A stretch of DNA of 64,000 nucleotides from Hemiscyllium ocellatum (lineage: Eukaryota), in the NCBI RefSeq assembly GCF_020745735.1, contig NC_083424.1, forward strand, positions 49,586,999-49,650,998. The letters run 5' to 3'. The stretch's first letter is position 1. Every line of letters begins with the position of its first letter. A model generated the notes under the pieces. That model saw nothing but the letters and a program-made list of their open reading frames with translations. It was not told the origin of the DNA and searched no databases. A program made the position numbers and the translations under genes. Shown here piece by piece: positions 1-11,970 of the stretch.

Positions 1-1199
1 TGTATCCTTCTATGTTCTATGTTCTATAAATGCTGTAACGCCAACACCAAGTTCAAAGTCTCCTTCTCAACCACCGAATATTTCGGCTGATGAATGTTCA
101 ATTTCCCGGAGAAATACCCAATAGGGCTCTCTATCTTCTCGTCATCTTCTTGCAACAGCAGAGGACAAACACCCACATCGATAGCCATCTTGAATGGCTT
201 TTCATAATTAGGTATGGCTAATACAAGGGCAGTAGTTAAAACAGCTTTCAGGCTGTCAAATGCCTTCTGACAGTCAGCTGTCCGCTGAAACTTCCTGCCT
301 TTCTTTAGCAATTCAGTGACAGGAGCAGCCATACTGCTAAATGTTGGTACAAATTTTTGAAAAATTCCACTGGTTTGGGAATTCCCCAATTCACTTTGTT
401 TTTGCATCACGTGAGGCCATTGTAACCCAAGAAGGTAACTTGGGTTTTGGCAAATATACTTACAACGAGGTTATCCCCAAGCCTGCCTTCCAAACTTGAT
501 GGAATAGTTCAGATAAATGTTGTAAATGTTCCTTCCATGTGTGACTAAAAATCACCAAGTCACCAACGTTCACAGCACAGCTGGACAATACGGCAATGTC
601 TTTATTGGTTAGTCTGTGAAATGTGGCTGGCACATTTTTCATGCCAAGTGGCATGACTTTAAACTAATGTGGTCTATTCACTGTTACAAAAGCAGAAATT
701 TTCTTTACCCTTTCTGGAAAAGTACCTGCCAATATCCTCTAAGCAAGTCCAACTTAGAAATATAAGTTGCTTGTCCCACCTTCTTAGCACAGTCTTCCAA
801 ACATGGAATCAAAGATGCATCAGCCTTTGTAACTGCACTGACTTTGTGATTGTCCACACATTACCACTGGTTATAATCTGATTTTGGCACCACTACTGTG
901 GGTGAGCTTCAATCACTTTTACTCACTTTGATCATGTCACCTTGGAGTATTTTCTATGTTGACATCATGCATAATTAGGTTAGTACTTCCCTGCTTATTT
1001 CCACTTATCTCACCATGTGATAACAAAAACTCTTTTAGGTCATTTCGGTTTTCCTCTGTAAGGTAACTCAATAGTTATCCCAATTTTTTGACAACTTCCT
1101 CTTTGTCCAATTTAATTTAAGGAATGTCCAATTCAGAATCCTCTGATCTAGGATCTTCAATACCACATTCTCTTCTTGCTTTCCTGCCCTGTCAAAATA

Positions 1200-1500
1200 T
1201 GGCACAGTAGCACAGTGGTTAGCACTGCTGCCTCACAGCGCCAGATACCAGAGTTCAATTCCTGTCTTGGGCAACTGCCTGTGTGGAGTTTGCACATTCT
1301 TGTCGTGTCTGTGTGGGTTTCCTCCGGGTGCTCTGGTTTCCTCCCACAATCCAAAGATGTGCGGGTTAAGTGAATTGGCCATGCTAAATTGCCCGTAGTG
1401 TTAGGTGTAGCGGAATGGTTCTGGGTGGGTTGCTCTTCGTAGGATCAGTGTGGATTTGTTGGGCCAAAGGGCCTGTTTCCATGCTGTACGTAATCTACAA
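1200..1500 (+). mobile_element. Older HE1-like tRNA-derived SINE inserted in the Gypsy pol region
   Basis: Starts tggcacagtagcacagtggttagcactgctgcctcacagc with box B-like gagttcaattcc; diverged homolog of the copies at 7833, 12292 and 48068. Confidence 0.85.
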
Positions 1501-4214
1501 TAACTTTTCAGCATATTCACATGGCACACTCAGTGAGATTTCTTTCTGTCTGGAGTCCCTATCAAGTAGTTCACCTCACTCAATTTCCTTTCGACTTGGT
1601 AAGGTCCACTAAACCTGGCTTTGAAAGGTTCACCTACCACTGGATGTATCATATTTCCAAACACAAAATTGTGATTTTTTGATTTCATGTCTGCTTCTTG
1701 TTCATTGTATGCTGTGATACTTTTAAATGTTGTCTAGCCAACTCACCCAATCTATCGAATCATTCCTGAAAATTTAATATAGTCCAAATATATGGTCTCT
1801 GAATTGTGGCTTACCAATTTCTCCTTAAACAATTTTAACGGTCTTCCCTAAAACCTAATTCAAATGAACTGAATTTTGTCGGTTCACCTAGTGCATTTCT
1901 GATCACAAAAAGCACAAGTGGAATCCCCTTATCCCGGCCTTTGGAAATCTAGTGGATACATTCATTATTGTCAGCAACTACTGATTCCCAATTTTTGTTT
2001 GAGGTAGTGGTCCTATGAAATCAATTAAGACTTTTGGAAAAGATTCCTGAAATGCATGAATAGGTATTAAAAGGTGTAGATTTTATCACTGCCTGTGGTT
2101 TTCCAATTACCTGACATGCATAATATGTCTGGCAAAATATAACTACATCCTTATGCATTCCAGGCCAGCAAAAATGTTTTTATATTTTAGCTTGACATTT
2201 GCTCACTCCTAATTGACCTCCTAGTGGCAGCTCATGTGCCATTCGTAATACATCCGTTCTATTACCCAAATGGCAACACAATTTGATGAACTTCTGCCTA
2301 TTTCCCATCCGCTGGAATATGTGATGGTCTCCATTTCTCATGAAGACATCATTTTTATGATAGGAATATTCGGAGTTATATTTGGATATTTTGTGTATGC
2401 CTTTTGATACGATTAAATTTTCATGTTGCTGCTGTAACTCAGTTAATTTATCCAAACTAAAGATGCCTGTTGTGCCATCTATCTGCTTCTGCTTTGTGTC
2501 AACCATCTGATCAAACAAGGTCTCTGCTAATTCCACTTGGACTTCTTACCTGTATTCTTTGATCTCTCCAGTTTGAACTGGTGACATTGTGACCTCTTTT
2601 CCATACAGTCAAGAAAAATCACAGGGTATGTATCATGCTATAGTTCTGTCACCTGAACCTCCACTGGCTTTTCAAACTCAATAGGCAGCACTCCTACCAG
2701 TGAATCAGTTGTATCATTAGCAAGGAAAAACTTCATTCCTGGAGCTGAGAGTTTGTTCAGTACTCCTACCACGACTTCCCCACTCTTCACTGAACACTCT
2801 AACCTCACTTTACATTATTGAGCACCTCTTGTCTGACTATGAATTCCTGGTACTAGTACCTTTTCTGGCAATAGTCCTTCGGAAGTACATATCTCCTCAT
2901 CTTTCAGCATCACTTATTGAAAGGATCCTGCATCTCTTAATATTGTAACCACTTTACCTGCTGCTCCTGGGCTATGTGAGTAAACTTTACCTTCGCAGGT
3001 AGATGATTTAAGAAGACCTGGCACTTCATCCTTCACCAACCTCTGACCAGCTTGTGCATTTTGATGTAGCTTTCAAGCCTCCACTGTGCGTTCTGTTACC
3101 ACTCCAATAAAATTAACTGGCTTATCCTGTTTCCTACATCTGGCCTCCCAGTGCTTTTTCTCATCCTTTTAACCTCTCCGTCCCGTTCAGGGGTTTTCTT
3201 TTTACCCTGTGGTAAGTTATCCTTATGATCTTCATCAAGATCTACCTTTCCATTTCCACACGAGAATTTTTCTTTTGACCAATTTCTATCCCTCATGGAT
3301 TGAAATTGATTTTGGAAGCCAAACTTTGCTTTATGGACAAACTCATAATCATCAGCCATTTCAGCTGATAATCTTGCCGTTTTAACTCTCTGCTCTTCCA
3401 CATGAGTTCTCAATACCAGGAAGTGAATTTTTGAACCCCACCAAAATAATCGTCCCTTTAAGAGCATTGCAGTTTTGCTCTATTTTCAGTGCAGTTCTCC
3501 ACCTATCAAATTTACTTTGTTTGATCTTTTCAAACTCAATGCAGGTTTGAGCAGTGCCCCTTCTTAGAGTCCTGAAATAGTGCATGCTTGCTTCTGGCAT
3601 AAGTTCCATATGCATTAAAGTGGCTTTCTACACTTCCTTATACGTCAAAAATGCTTCCTCTGATAGTGATGCGAATACCTCATTAGTTCTACCTACACGT
3701 TTTGTTTGGATAAACAAAACCCACATGATGACTGGCCACCGTATTTGTTTAGCCACCTTTTCAAATGAGATGAAAAAGGCTTCCACATTCTTCTCATCAA
3801 ATATAAGCAATGATGGTGTATATTTGAAAAGCTTTTCACCAGGCCTTTGGCGACCATGGGTATGCTCATCCTCACTCTCTTCCTCATTAAGCTTATCTTC
3901 AGCCTTCATCTGCATCCTTTTAAGTTGACTTTCCTGTTCAAGTGCCAATTTCTAAAGTTCAACCACTCTCTCTTTTTCTCTCTCATCTGCTAAAACAATT
4001 TTTTCCTTTTTCTTTTTGTCTGCTTCTAATCGCAATTCTTTGTCTTTTGCTTCAAACTCAAGCTGTTTCATTTTCAACTGAAATGTAGCCATCTCTAAAA
4101 GTTCTGATGGTATTTCCAGCAATTTCAATTGCAGAGCTATTGCTGTAATTTTCTCTCCTTTCCTCAGGAAGGAGACAGCTCCAACCCCACATTGTCTGCT
4201 AATTAGAGCAGCTT

Positions 4215-4440
4215 AAAGACAAAAAAACTGCAGATGCTGGAATCCAAAATATACAGGCAGAAAGCTGGAAGAACACAGCAAACCAGCAGCAAGAGGTGGA
4301 GACAGTGATGTTCCGGGTGTAATGTTTATTCTGGACTCAGTGGGAAATTCAAAATTTCAGGTGTAACCCATCTTCAAGACCTGAAGAGCGGTTACACCTG
4401 AAACGTTGACTTCTCCATCTCCCGACAATTCCAGCAGCTT
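4215..4440. mobile_element. Degenerate PLE-terminus-derived palindromic element
   Basis: ctgcagatgctgga...gctggaagaacacagc arm; inverted pair tttcaggtgtaacccatcttcaag / ctgaagagcggttacacctgaaacgtt with a decayed hammerhead-like core at 4381-4407. Confidence 0.55.
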
Positions 4441-4649
4441 AGCCTTAATCACCTTTAGCAAAATCCCCATGGTCACTTCTTCTACCATGGGGGTTTTGCA
4501 AAACTCTTGGTGATTGAAAGAGACATTGATATTCCAAGCACTGTTCCCAGGACAAAACGCACTAGCATCTATTACTCACTGCCTTCAAATCCAACAACCC
4601 TAATCCCAAGTTGGAACTGCAGAACAAATCCAGCAAAGAGCCTTCAATA

Positions 4650-4935
4650 TGTTATGGGCCAGGCCAAACCTCTGCAAAATATTTCAATAACGTAGGACAG
4701 ACCCTAACTTTGGTAGTTGTTTTAAGCAGGTGGAACACAGATATACATGGAGGGATGCAGGTGGCCAACCCACTTAGTTTTAAATAAAACAGAATTTAGT
4801 TCTAAGATTACAGAGTGAAACACTAACAAAAGAGAACAGAATATAGAATAACTTAACCTATCCAAAAACCCAGCAGATTATTCCAATTTAATGATGCTGT
4901 TCCAAATACCTGCAATAATCCCCATAAACACCCCT
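4650..4935 (-). mobile_element. Probable 5' LTR remnant of the Gypsy element
   Basis: Plus-strand tgtta at 4650 gives a minus-strand ...TAACA LTR end, followed by a degenerate PBS-like sequence and then gag; truncated by a LINE at about 4940. No second LTR in the window. Confidence 0.4.
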
Positions 4936-4939
4936 TGGC

Positions 4940-5870
4940 AGGCTCTATCATCGTCAGCTGCTTTATCAATGGCGTTCCCTCCGTCATAAGTGGGAACGTT
5001 TGCGGATCATTGCACGACTTTCAGCACATTCATGACTTATCAGCTACTGAAGCAGTCCACGTTCAAATGCAGCAAGATCTGGACATAGCCTGGCTTAGGC
5101 TGATAGGTGGCAAGTAACATTCATGCTGCACAGATGACAGGCAATGACCATCTCCAATAACAGACAATTTAAATACTAACCCTTGATATTCAATGGTGTT
5201 GTCATCACTGAAGTCCTCTCCATCAACATTCAGGGGGTTGCCATTGATGAAAAACTGAGCTGGACTCACTAAATAAATACAGCATCTACAAGAGCAGTTC
5301 GGAGGCTAGGAATACTGTCGTGTGTACTTATCCACTGACTCCCCAAAACCTGCTATCATCTACAATTCACAAATCGGGAGTGTGATGGAATACTCACCAC
5401 TTGCCTGGGTGAAAGCAGCTCCAACAACACTAAAGAAGCTTGAAATTATCCAGAACAAAGCAGGCCACTTATTTGACACCCTCTCCAATTACATTCATTC
5501 CCTCCACCACCAAATCTCAGTAGTAGCAGTCTGTATTATCCAGAGGGTGCACTGTAGAAACTCACCAAATGCACTTACACAGCACCTTTTAAACCCATGA
5601 TCACTTCCTTGTAGAATGAGAAGAGCGGCAGACATATGGGAACACCACGGCCTGAAAATCCCTCAAAGTCAATCACATTGCCAGCTTGGAAAAATATCAC
5701 TGTTCCTTCACATTTCATCAGATTAACATCCTGGAATCCCCACACCACACCACAGTCCTCCAGAGAGGGTCAAACCACAGCACATTGACCACAGTGGTTC
5801 ATGAAGACAGCTCATCATCACCTTCTCGAAGGCAATAAAGGATGGGTAACAAATGCTGGCCAGGCAGCTT
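4940..5870 (+). mobile_element. CR1/L2-clade LINE 3' fragment
   Basis: ORF 5322-5600 IYNSQIGSVMEYSPLAWVKAAPTTLKKLEIIQNKAGHL resembles the RT C-terminal region of CR1/L2-clade LINEs; 3' part is homologous to 6770-7140 and to the intronic fragments at 9515-9960. Confidence 0.7.
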
Positions 5871-5934
5871 GTACACTTACCATGATTTTTTTAAACTGCT
5901 CTGCAGATGGAGAAATGCTTGTTTGAAAGGATAG

Positions 5935-5977
5935 GTGGTGGTGGTGTTGGGGGTGGGGGGTGGGGGGTGGTGGTGGT
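5935..5977 (+). repeat. G-rich (GGT/GGGGGT)n simple repeat
   Basis: ggtggtggtggtgttgggggtggggggtggggggtggtggtggt. Confidence 0.8.
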
Positions 5978-6769
5978 AAGAACTTACTTGGACAAACTTT
6001 AGAATTTGGTTGGAATTACTCTCGAAATATATGTCAGTTGTCACTTACAATCCTTGACAGACAGTGGAACTGGGTGACGAGGTCTTGAAATCATTGTGGA
6101 GAAAGGTTTGTGCAGTTTTTTTTTCTCTTCATGAATAAACAGCAATGCATCAGTATCAGGAAGAGCAGGGACAACATACTATCCACTACCATCTGACATT
6201 GGCAACTAGTGAATTAGACTGCTACAACTAATGAGCATCTACCAAATAATCTGTGCAATAGAAAATGGCAAGGGAAAAGTTGTTTTGATAGGAAGTTTTT
6301 TTTGAATGCAGTTGGTGACAAGCTTACATTCATGAGATTCATTCAAACAAACGTTTAGTCAGAAATAGTAGGTCTGGACTAATCGGCTTGATTGTACCTC
6401 TGATTCAAATGGTCAATGAAAAGGAAAAGAAACTCACATCAGTCAGTTAAAGATAGTGAATTAGGACACAATAGTAGTGGTTAATGTCTTGCATAGGGTG
6501 GTCGGTTAATATCTCATTCAGAATTATAGATTGCAAACAAAGTAGGAGATTTTCAAAATGAAAAGTGTGGGTTAAAACCTGAGAGAAAACAACATTAACC
6601 CAAGTTGGCATGGTTGCTTTGGTGCATTCAATGTAAATGCGCGGGACTGACAGGTTCTGTGATTAATATAAACAGTTGAGCCTGTTGAAAAGATTAGATT
6701 GAATGAAACAATCTCGGACTGAGATCTCATGTAGTCCACCTGAGGGATGTGAAAGGGTCTTCTTTAGAA

Positions 6770-7140
6770 AAAAACAGCCTGTTTGCTTGCTTCTACATCT
6801 ACATTCACTCCAATTAACATGGGCTCTCAGTGGCACCTGTGTGTACCATCTACAACCTACTTTCGAGAAATTCACGAGCCTCATTCGACAGCACCGTCCA
6901 AACTCGCCGCCACTAACATTTCAAAGGACAAGGGCAACATATGCACGGGAAAACCACCATCTGCAAATTCCCCTCCAAGCCACTCACATCCTGACTTGGA
7001 ACTATATTGCCATTTCTTCAGTGATGCTGGGTCAAAATCCTGGAACCTCTTCATCGCATCATTAATCCACAGCAGTTGAATAACGTCGCCCACATCACCT
7101 TCTCAAAGGCAGTTAGAGATAGGTAATAAAAGCTGGCCTA
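6770..7140 (+). mobile_element. CR1/L2-clade LINE 3' end fragment (same family as 4940-5870)
   Basis: Shares aaggacaagggca...accaccatctgcaaattcccctccaagccactcac...gctgggtcaaaatcctgg...cacatcaccttctcaaaggca with 5600-5870. Confidence 0.65.
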
Positions 7141-7832
7141 GATAGCAAAGCCTACAATCTCAGATTTCTTTTCCCTTCACATGAAGTAACTCGTATGTCC
7201 CAAACAAGACGGCATTGGTATTGGGAGGGACAAATGTGCTCACGGCACTTCTGAAGGTATAATGAGGGATCTTACTCCTTAATCAAATGTGGGTCACAAG
7301 GGAAATAGGATTCATTTGGCTCTATTTCGTGATACATAGGCCCTGATGCGACGTACAATGAGCAATCGCCTCGTTGTATGAACTGCACTGGTATGGATAT
7401 CAACGCGAATGTCCCCGCTGTACTCTAGACAACTGTGTGTAGTTTGCTGTTATCACAATGAGGGATTCCTGGTTATAAAAACTACTTCTTGGTCCCAGGC
7501 CTCTGTCACCCGTATGGTGGAAATAGGACTCCCCAGTTTAAGCCCCGGTCCGTGAGCAGACTCTTGACCTTCCCATTGACATGTTCATCTACAACGATTT
7601 ACAATGAAGATTATCTCAGTCCCTCTAAATTTTGACACACTTCTTTTAGTTGCTCAATCTTGAAATTGGTCCCCGCTATTTATTTAATGACTTGGATTTT
7701 TTAATCTACTCTGGCTTTAACTTCTTTGCCATACAAGTGCGTACCTTCACTTTCATCATTCTTTCTTACGTTAGTTACATTCAGTGCTATTCCTTTGTTG
7801 AATGGTAAAATCGTCGGACATTGTACCCGATG

Positions 7833-8135
7833 TTAGATTTGATTACTTACAGTGTGGAAACAGGCCCTTCGGCCCAACAAGCCCACACCGACCCGCCGAA
7901 GCGCAGCCCACCCATACCCCTACATTTACCCCTTACCTAACACTACGGGCAATTTAGCATGGCCAGTTCACCTGACCCGCACATCTTTGGACTGTGGGAG
8001 GAAACCGGAGCAAACCCACGCAGACACGGGGAGAACGTGCAAACTCCACACAGTCAGTCACCTGAGTCGGGAATTGAACCCGGGTCTCAGGCGCTGTGAG
8101 ACAGCAGTGCTAACCACTGTGCCACCGTGCCGCCC
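7833..8135 (-). mobile_element. Young HE1-like V-SINE
   Basis: Minus strand begins gggcggcacggtggcacagtgg (box A) with gggttcaattcc (box B) and ends in a (tctaa)-type tail; near-identical to 12292-12605 and 48068-48371. Confidence 0.9.
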
Positions 8136-8145
8136 ACTATATCTA

Positions 8146-8200
8146 TACACACATAGATACACACACTCACAATCACCTTCAGTCTTACACACACACACAC
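8146..8200. repeat. Imperfect (CA)n microsatellite
   Basis: tacacacatagatacacacactcac...tacacacacacacacac. Confidence 0.75.
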
Positions 8201-8377
8201 AAAATGGCAGATACGGTCTTGGACCATGCGGAACAGCATGCTTCTTCTGACCGTTGGGCACTTTGCACGGTAAAGCTCCGGAAGTCTTAAAGCACTGAAA
8301 TCAAAACAGATTTGACACATTTTGACAGAAATGAAACATACTGAAATGAATGCTGCCTTTGATGTTCGATCAATTGT

Positions 8378-8456
8378 TTTATTGAACTGTTAAGGTGGGA
8401 TAGATTCATAATGCTTCAATACTTAAGACACAATCACATTGTTCCTGTCTTTTATT
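8378..8456 (-). terminator. Two AATAAA poly(A) signals of cluster 1 (8451-8456, 8378-8383)
   Basis: tttatt on the plus strand about 210 and 285 nt beyond the C stop codon; conserved in all four units. Confidence 0.7.
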
Positions 8457-8667
8457 CAGATGTATGCATGTAAGCTAATAATCATTGGCATTTCAGTTAA
8501 CACGGCATGTTTGTGAAAACCAGTTACTTTTACATCCGGAAGTTTCCCCCGCGATGAGCATTTTTTCAATTAACCGGAATACAAATAATTTCTACAGTAT
8601 TGTTACATGGGAGGTCTGAACAGGAATAAACAAGCTTTCTCAATTGAGACAAGTGGAGCTTCCGAAA

Positions 8668-8990
8668 TCACATACAGCTCGATCTCGAGATACTTGTCTG
8701 AAACGGAGTTGCCTGAGACTCATGTTTAACCCCACAGGAGTAAAGATCGTGTGAGTTCCACTCTGAGGCTGACAGGGTCAGATAGCTGCTCACACTGAAT
8801 GTATTGTCCGTCTCCTGCTGGATCCGACTGGTCTCCACACCGTTCCCCTTGACACTGCCATCTACCGTCCACTCAATCTCCACAGCGCCCGGGTTAAAAC
8901 CGCTCACCAAACACACCAGGGTCGCCGTGTTCTTTTCTGTGATTTGAACCGATGAAGGCGGAAGGAGGGATACCGATGGTTCCCGCGGAC
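8668..8990 (-). CDS. IGLC: Ig light-chain constant exon, cluster 1 (lambda type)
   Basis: Acceptor tttaaacag|GT; 323 nt encoding (S)PREPSVSLLPPSSVQITEKNTATLVCLVSGFNPGAVEIEWTVDG...YSCGVKHESQATPFQTSISRSSCM*; C1-set Cys/Trp/Cys plus the terminal Cys for the heavy-chain bond. Confidence 0.95.
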
Positions 8991-9514
8991 CTGTTTAAAA
9001 TAAGTCAGGTTCATGTGAGTTAAAAGACTGCATTTTTTAAGCAGGAGATTCATCCTAAGGTAATACAATTTAAATTATATCAATCACGGAATGTAATGAA
9101 TAGTTCACTTAATTTTGCATTCACTTAATTGTACTATTTAATCCAAGAAGGACTGAATATGTTTCGGTCTGACGAAATCATGTTGATCTTTAATGGCAGG
9201 CTGGAGTGTGGCAATGGATCTGACTAAGTCTAGAGAGAAGCTACGTTTGTTTCATTTTGTAACGGTATCCCTTGAAAAACAGAAGGAACACCTTTGTATT
9301 GATGCTGATGACACTTCATGCAGCTGCCATGGCTCTACAATGAGATGCCAAGGTGCCCGCCACCTTTAGAAATATTATTGATAATATGAAAAGTTAACAT
9401 ATGTTAAAGTTGTGTTGATTCGTTAACGTGAAGGAATTGTAATCAGTTTTATTACAAGTGGATCGATCAATTATTGCTCATGTAAAATAGTTGATTAACA
9501 GCTCACTCTCATCT

Positions 9515-9960
9515 CGTCTTGATATTCAATGACATTTCCATCACATTATAACTCAACTATCGATATTTGATGGTTATCATTGCCCGAAAACAAAACTATT
9601 CCAGCCATGTACTTAAGATGGAGACAAGAGCAGGGCAATGGGAGAATAACGCAATTTCTGATTCCCCAAAACTGATCGGTCATTTAAATGCAGTTTCCAC
9701 CATACTCTCCACACTCGGCATTACCCCATACAAAGCAGTCCATTTGACTGGCACCCCATCCACTCCATTAAACATGTGACGGATGCATTGCAGCAACTCA
9801 CCAAGGCTCTGACAAATATACCTTCCAAATTCTAAAACTCTACTAACTGGAAGGATATGGAAAGCAGGTGTATGGGGATACCACCACCTGCAAGTTCTCC
9901 AAAGGATATCCCACCCTGTACTGGAGCTATATTGCCGCTACTTCACTGTAGCTGTACCCC
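9515..9960 (+). mobile_element. Old CR1/L2-clade LINE fragments in the J-C intron (copies at about 24490-24960, 40155-40620, 55125-55600)
   Basis: ttgatattcaatgacatttccatc and cagcaactcaccaaggct...accaccacctgcaagttc match 5180-5210 and 6880-7030. Confidence 0.6.
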
Positions 9961-10358
9961 CTCCACAGCGTACACGTGCTGTGAAAGAATGGGGCACATA
10001 ATAAGTCATAACAGACTTATCATCAGAAAAGTGTAAACAGGTTGCCCTGTTTAAGCATTAGCAATTGTTTTACTCTGTCACTAAGTCCAAAATCTCACCA
10101 ATGCGCGCCCGTGCTGCTTGAATGGGAGATTTATGCAGCTGCATCTCATCGAGCAAGGATTACCTCGCAGTGATACTGTGAGATGCCGTGTCTATTATTT
10201 CAGTCAATTAAATATTCCCAATTACGTTAATGTTGCATATATTTTGTTTCGGATTCGGACTTCTCTGATCACTGACATCGAAATCACCAGCTGCTGAGAT
10301 CAGAAACAATCGGGGAAAGAACAGGAAATCTCTGTAGGTAGTGCACATTCTCATTGGA

Positions 10359-10549
10359 AATCACACAACACCAGGTTATAGTCCAACAGGTTTAATTGGT
10401 AGCACACTAGCTTTCGGACCGACGCTCCTTCATCAGGTGATTGTCGCTCCGAAAGCTCGTGTGTTTCCAATTAAACCTGTTGGACTATAACCTGGTGTTG
10501 TGTGATTTTTAACTGTGTACACCCCAGTCCAACACCGGCATCTCTAAAT
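10359..10549. mobile_element. 191-bp palindromic PLE-derived element with 13-bp TSD (CATTCTCATTGGA); copies at about 25375-25565, 41040-41230, 56008-56200
   Basis: TSD at 10346-10358 and 10550-10562; ~60-bp inverted arms cacacaacaccaggttatagtccaacaggtttaattgg / ccaattaaacctgttggactataacctggtgttgtgtg. Confidence 0.85.
10405..10439 (-). ncRNA. Minimal type I hammerhead-like motif, J-C intron of cluster 1
   Basis: Minus strand cac-CUGAUGA-a-ggagc-guc-ggucc-GAAA-GC-UA-gug; core intact, one stem II mismatch. Confidence 0.5.
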
Positions 10550-10819
10550 CATTCTCATTGGACTATTTGACGATATCAAGAATCCAAGTACAATATAACG
10601 AGGTGATCGTGCATCTGACCTCATGCTCATTTTCAGTTTAACAAGACACTACTAATTCAGAGTTTCACCAGGTTTTGTTGATTGCAATTAAGGCCAGCGA
10701 ATGCGCTGCTAATTTCATTGCAATTCGCATCCGATTCTTCAGGGAAGCAGTCATGCCTTATTTGTTTTGTCGCTTTGAGAATTCAGTTTTCCATTTGGTC
10801 CGCTAGTTAGGCAATACGT

Positions 10820-10975
10820 AACAAACGTCGGGAGTGTGGCGCTGGAAAAGCAAAGCCGCTCAGGCAGCATCCGAGGAGAAGGAGAATCGACGTTTGGGGC
10901 ATTAGCCCTTCATCAGGAATGATGAGGGGCTTACACCCGAAACGTCGATTCTCCAGCTGGCCTCATTCCTGGTGA
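10820..10975. mobile_element. Older palindromic PLE-terminus derivative with two decayed hammerhead cores (copies at about 25840-25990, 41505-41650, 56475-56625)
   Basis: gagaatcgacgtttggggc...cccttcatcagg / atgatgaggggcttacacccgaaacgtcgattctc inverted pair; each core carries a substitution. Confidence 0.65.
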
Positions 10976-11499
10976 AGGACTTTTGCAGAACCACACTCTC
11001 CACCCCTATCTACAGCATCAGCAATCCACAATTTCGAAATGAACTTCCGTGATAAATCGAAGTCGCGAGATTCAATCCAACAGTAGTTACCGTTAAGAAA
11101 GTTAAGGAAACCGAGAACCGAAAAAGCTGAGAGCTAATGTTACCTCTTCTCAACCGCTACCTCTACAGATGCTGCCAGGTCTGCTGACGTTCTCCAGCAA
11201 TTTTGTTTCAGATTTCCAGATTTCACAGCTCATTCTTTTACTTGAAGCTAAAGTTACCACTAATTTTTGACTTTCCATTGCCCTTTGTGTTTTAAGAGGG
11301 AATTTATATGGGGTTACCTTTCTCGCTTCGTCGATCAATTCAAGCAGCTGGCGTTGGGACACCATCATTTACTTGTGGAAATCGTTACTATATCTTTTAG
11401 TAAAGTATTAAGGTAAAGGTCCATTCCTTGTGTACGCCGAGAAGAATCGCGGAACAGAAAAAAAGTGCCCTAAATATTTCACTAAAAATAACAAAGGAC

Positions 11500-11700
11500 T
11501 CTGGAGGTCTGAGACGAAGACAGAAACTCCTGGAGAAACGTAGCATGTCTGATATCATATTTGGAGAGAAAGCAGACTTGACGTTTGCAGTCCAGTTCTA
11601 ATGAAGAGTCACCTGACTGGAAACGTCAACTCTGCTTTCTCCCCTCACACGCTACTAGACCTGCTGGGAGTTTCTCCAGCAATTTCTGTTTTTTTTTGTT
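11500..11700. mobile_element. Degenerate palindromic PLE-terminus derivative (copies at about 26255-26460, 42165-42380, 56885-57085)
   Basis: ctcctggagaaacgtagca...ggagagaaagcaga / gaaacgtcaactctgctttctcc...ctgctgggagtttctccagc inverted arms. Confidence 0.55.
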
Positions 11701-11970
11701 TCTTAAACATTTTCCAGTCCACTGGCGCAGAGACTGTGGCGCCAATTGTTCTTCAGGCCGCTGAACAAACACTCAGCAGAATGCTTTATAAACCAGCAAG
11801 ATTCAGTTCTTAACCAGTCAATGGACAGCTCCAGATAATTTGGAAAGTATTTATATTCTATTGTGAACAGAATGTTACAACTGTAGCAGATTAAAATGTA
11901 GGCATTCGTAGTGCTTTGCTCTTAAACGGAATCAAGTTTTAAACTCTTCAGAAAAAGGGGTTTTACTCAC

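Larger units (their letters stand above)
24..4649 (-). mobile_element. Decayed Gmr1-like Ty3/Gypsy LTR retrotransposon, internal region (gag-protease-integrase-RT-RNase H)
   Basis: Minus-strand fragments: gag/SCAN-like (FDEKNVEAFFISFEKVAKQIRWP...ELMPEA, ORFs 3628-3948, 3382-3615, 3096-3467); protease TILRDAGS near 2915-2960 and FFLAND near 2720; integrase AHELPLGGQLG...HFCWPGMHKDV..FCQT..ACQ, VLIDFIGPLP and FSGPYQV (about 2300-1510); RT MPLGMKNVPATF (460-654); RNase H DASD-type region MAIDVG...IGYFSGKL..HQPKYSVVEKETL (24-410). Many stops, frameshifts and deletions. Confidence 0.85.

Noticed and set aside
5935-5977. G-quadruplex-capable tract as a regulatory or switch-like element
   Set aside because: Single short simple repeat outside the array, not present in any unit.
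7454-7483. RSS-like CACAATG ... ATAAAAACT
   Set aside because: Spacer is 14 nt rather than 12 or 23, both motifs are imperfect and no V or J coding sequence is adjacent.
8538-8550. NF-kB-like GGAAGTTTCCCC in the 3' UTR (and GGAAATTCC upstream of the promoters)
   Set aside because: Imperfect match to the consensus; conservation across units is uninformative because the units are recent duplicates.
10359-10549. Recurrent palindromes as CRISPR repeats, MITEs or terminators
   Set aside because: Vertebrate DNA, no repeat-spacer periodicity; arms are asymmetric, TSD length varies (9-13 bp) and the sequences match PLE termini rather than DNA-transposon TIRs.
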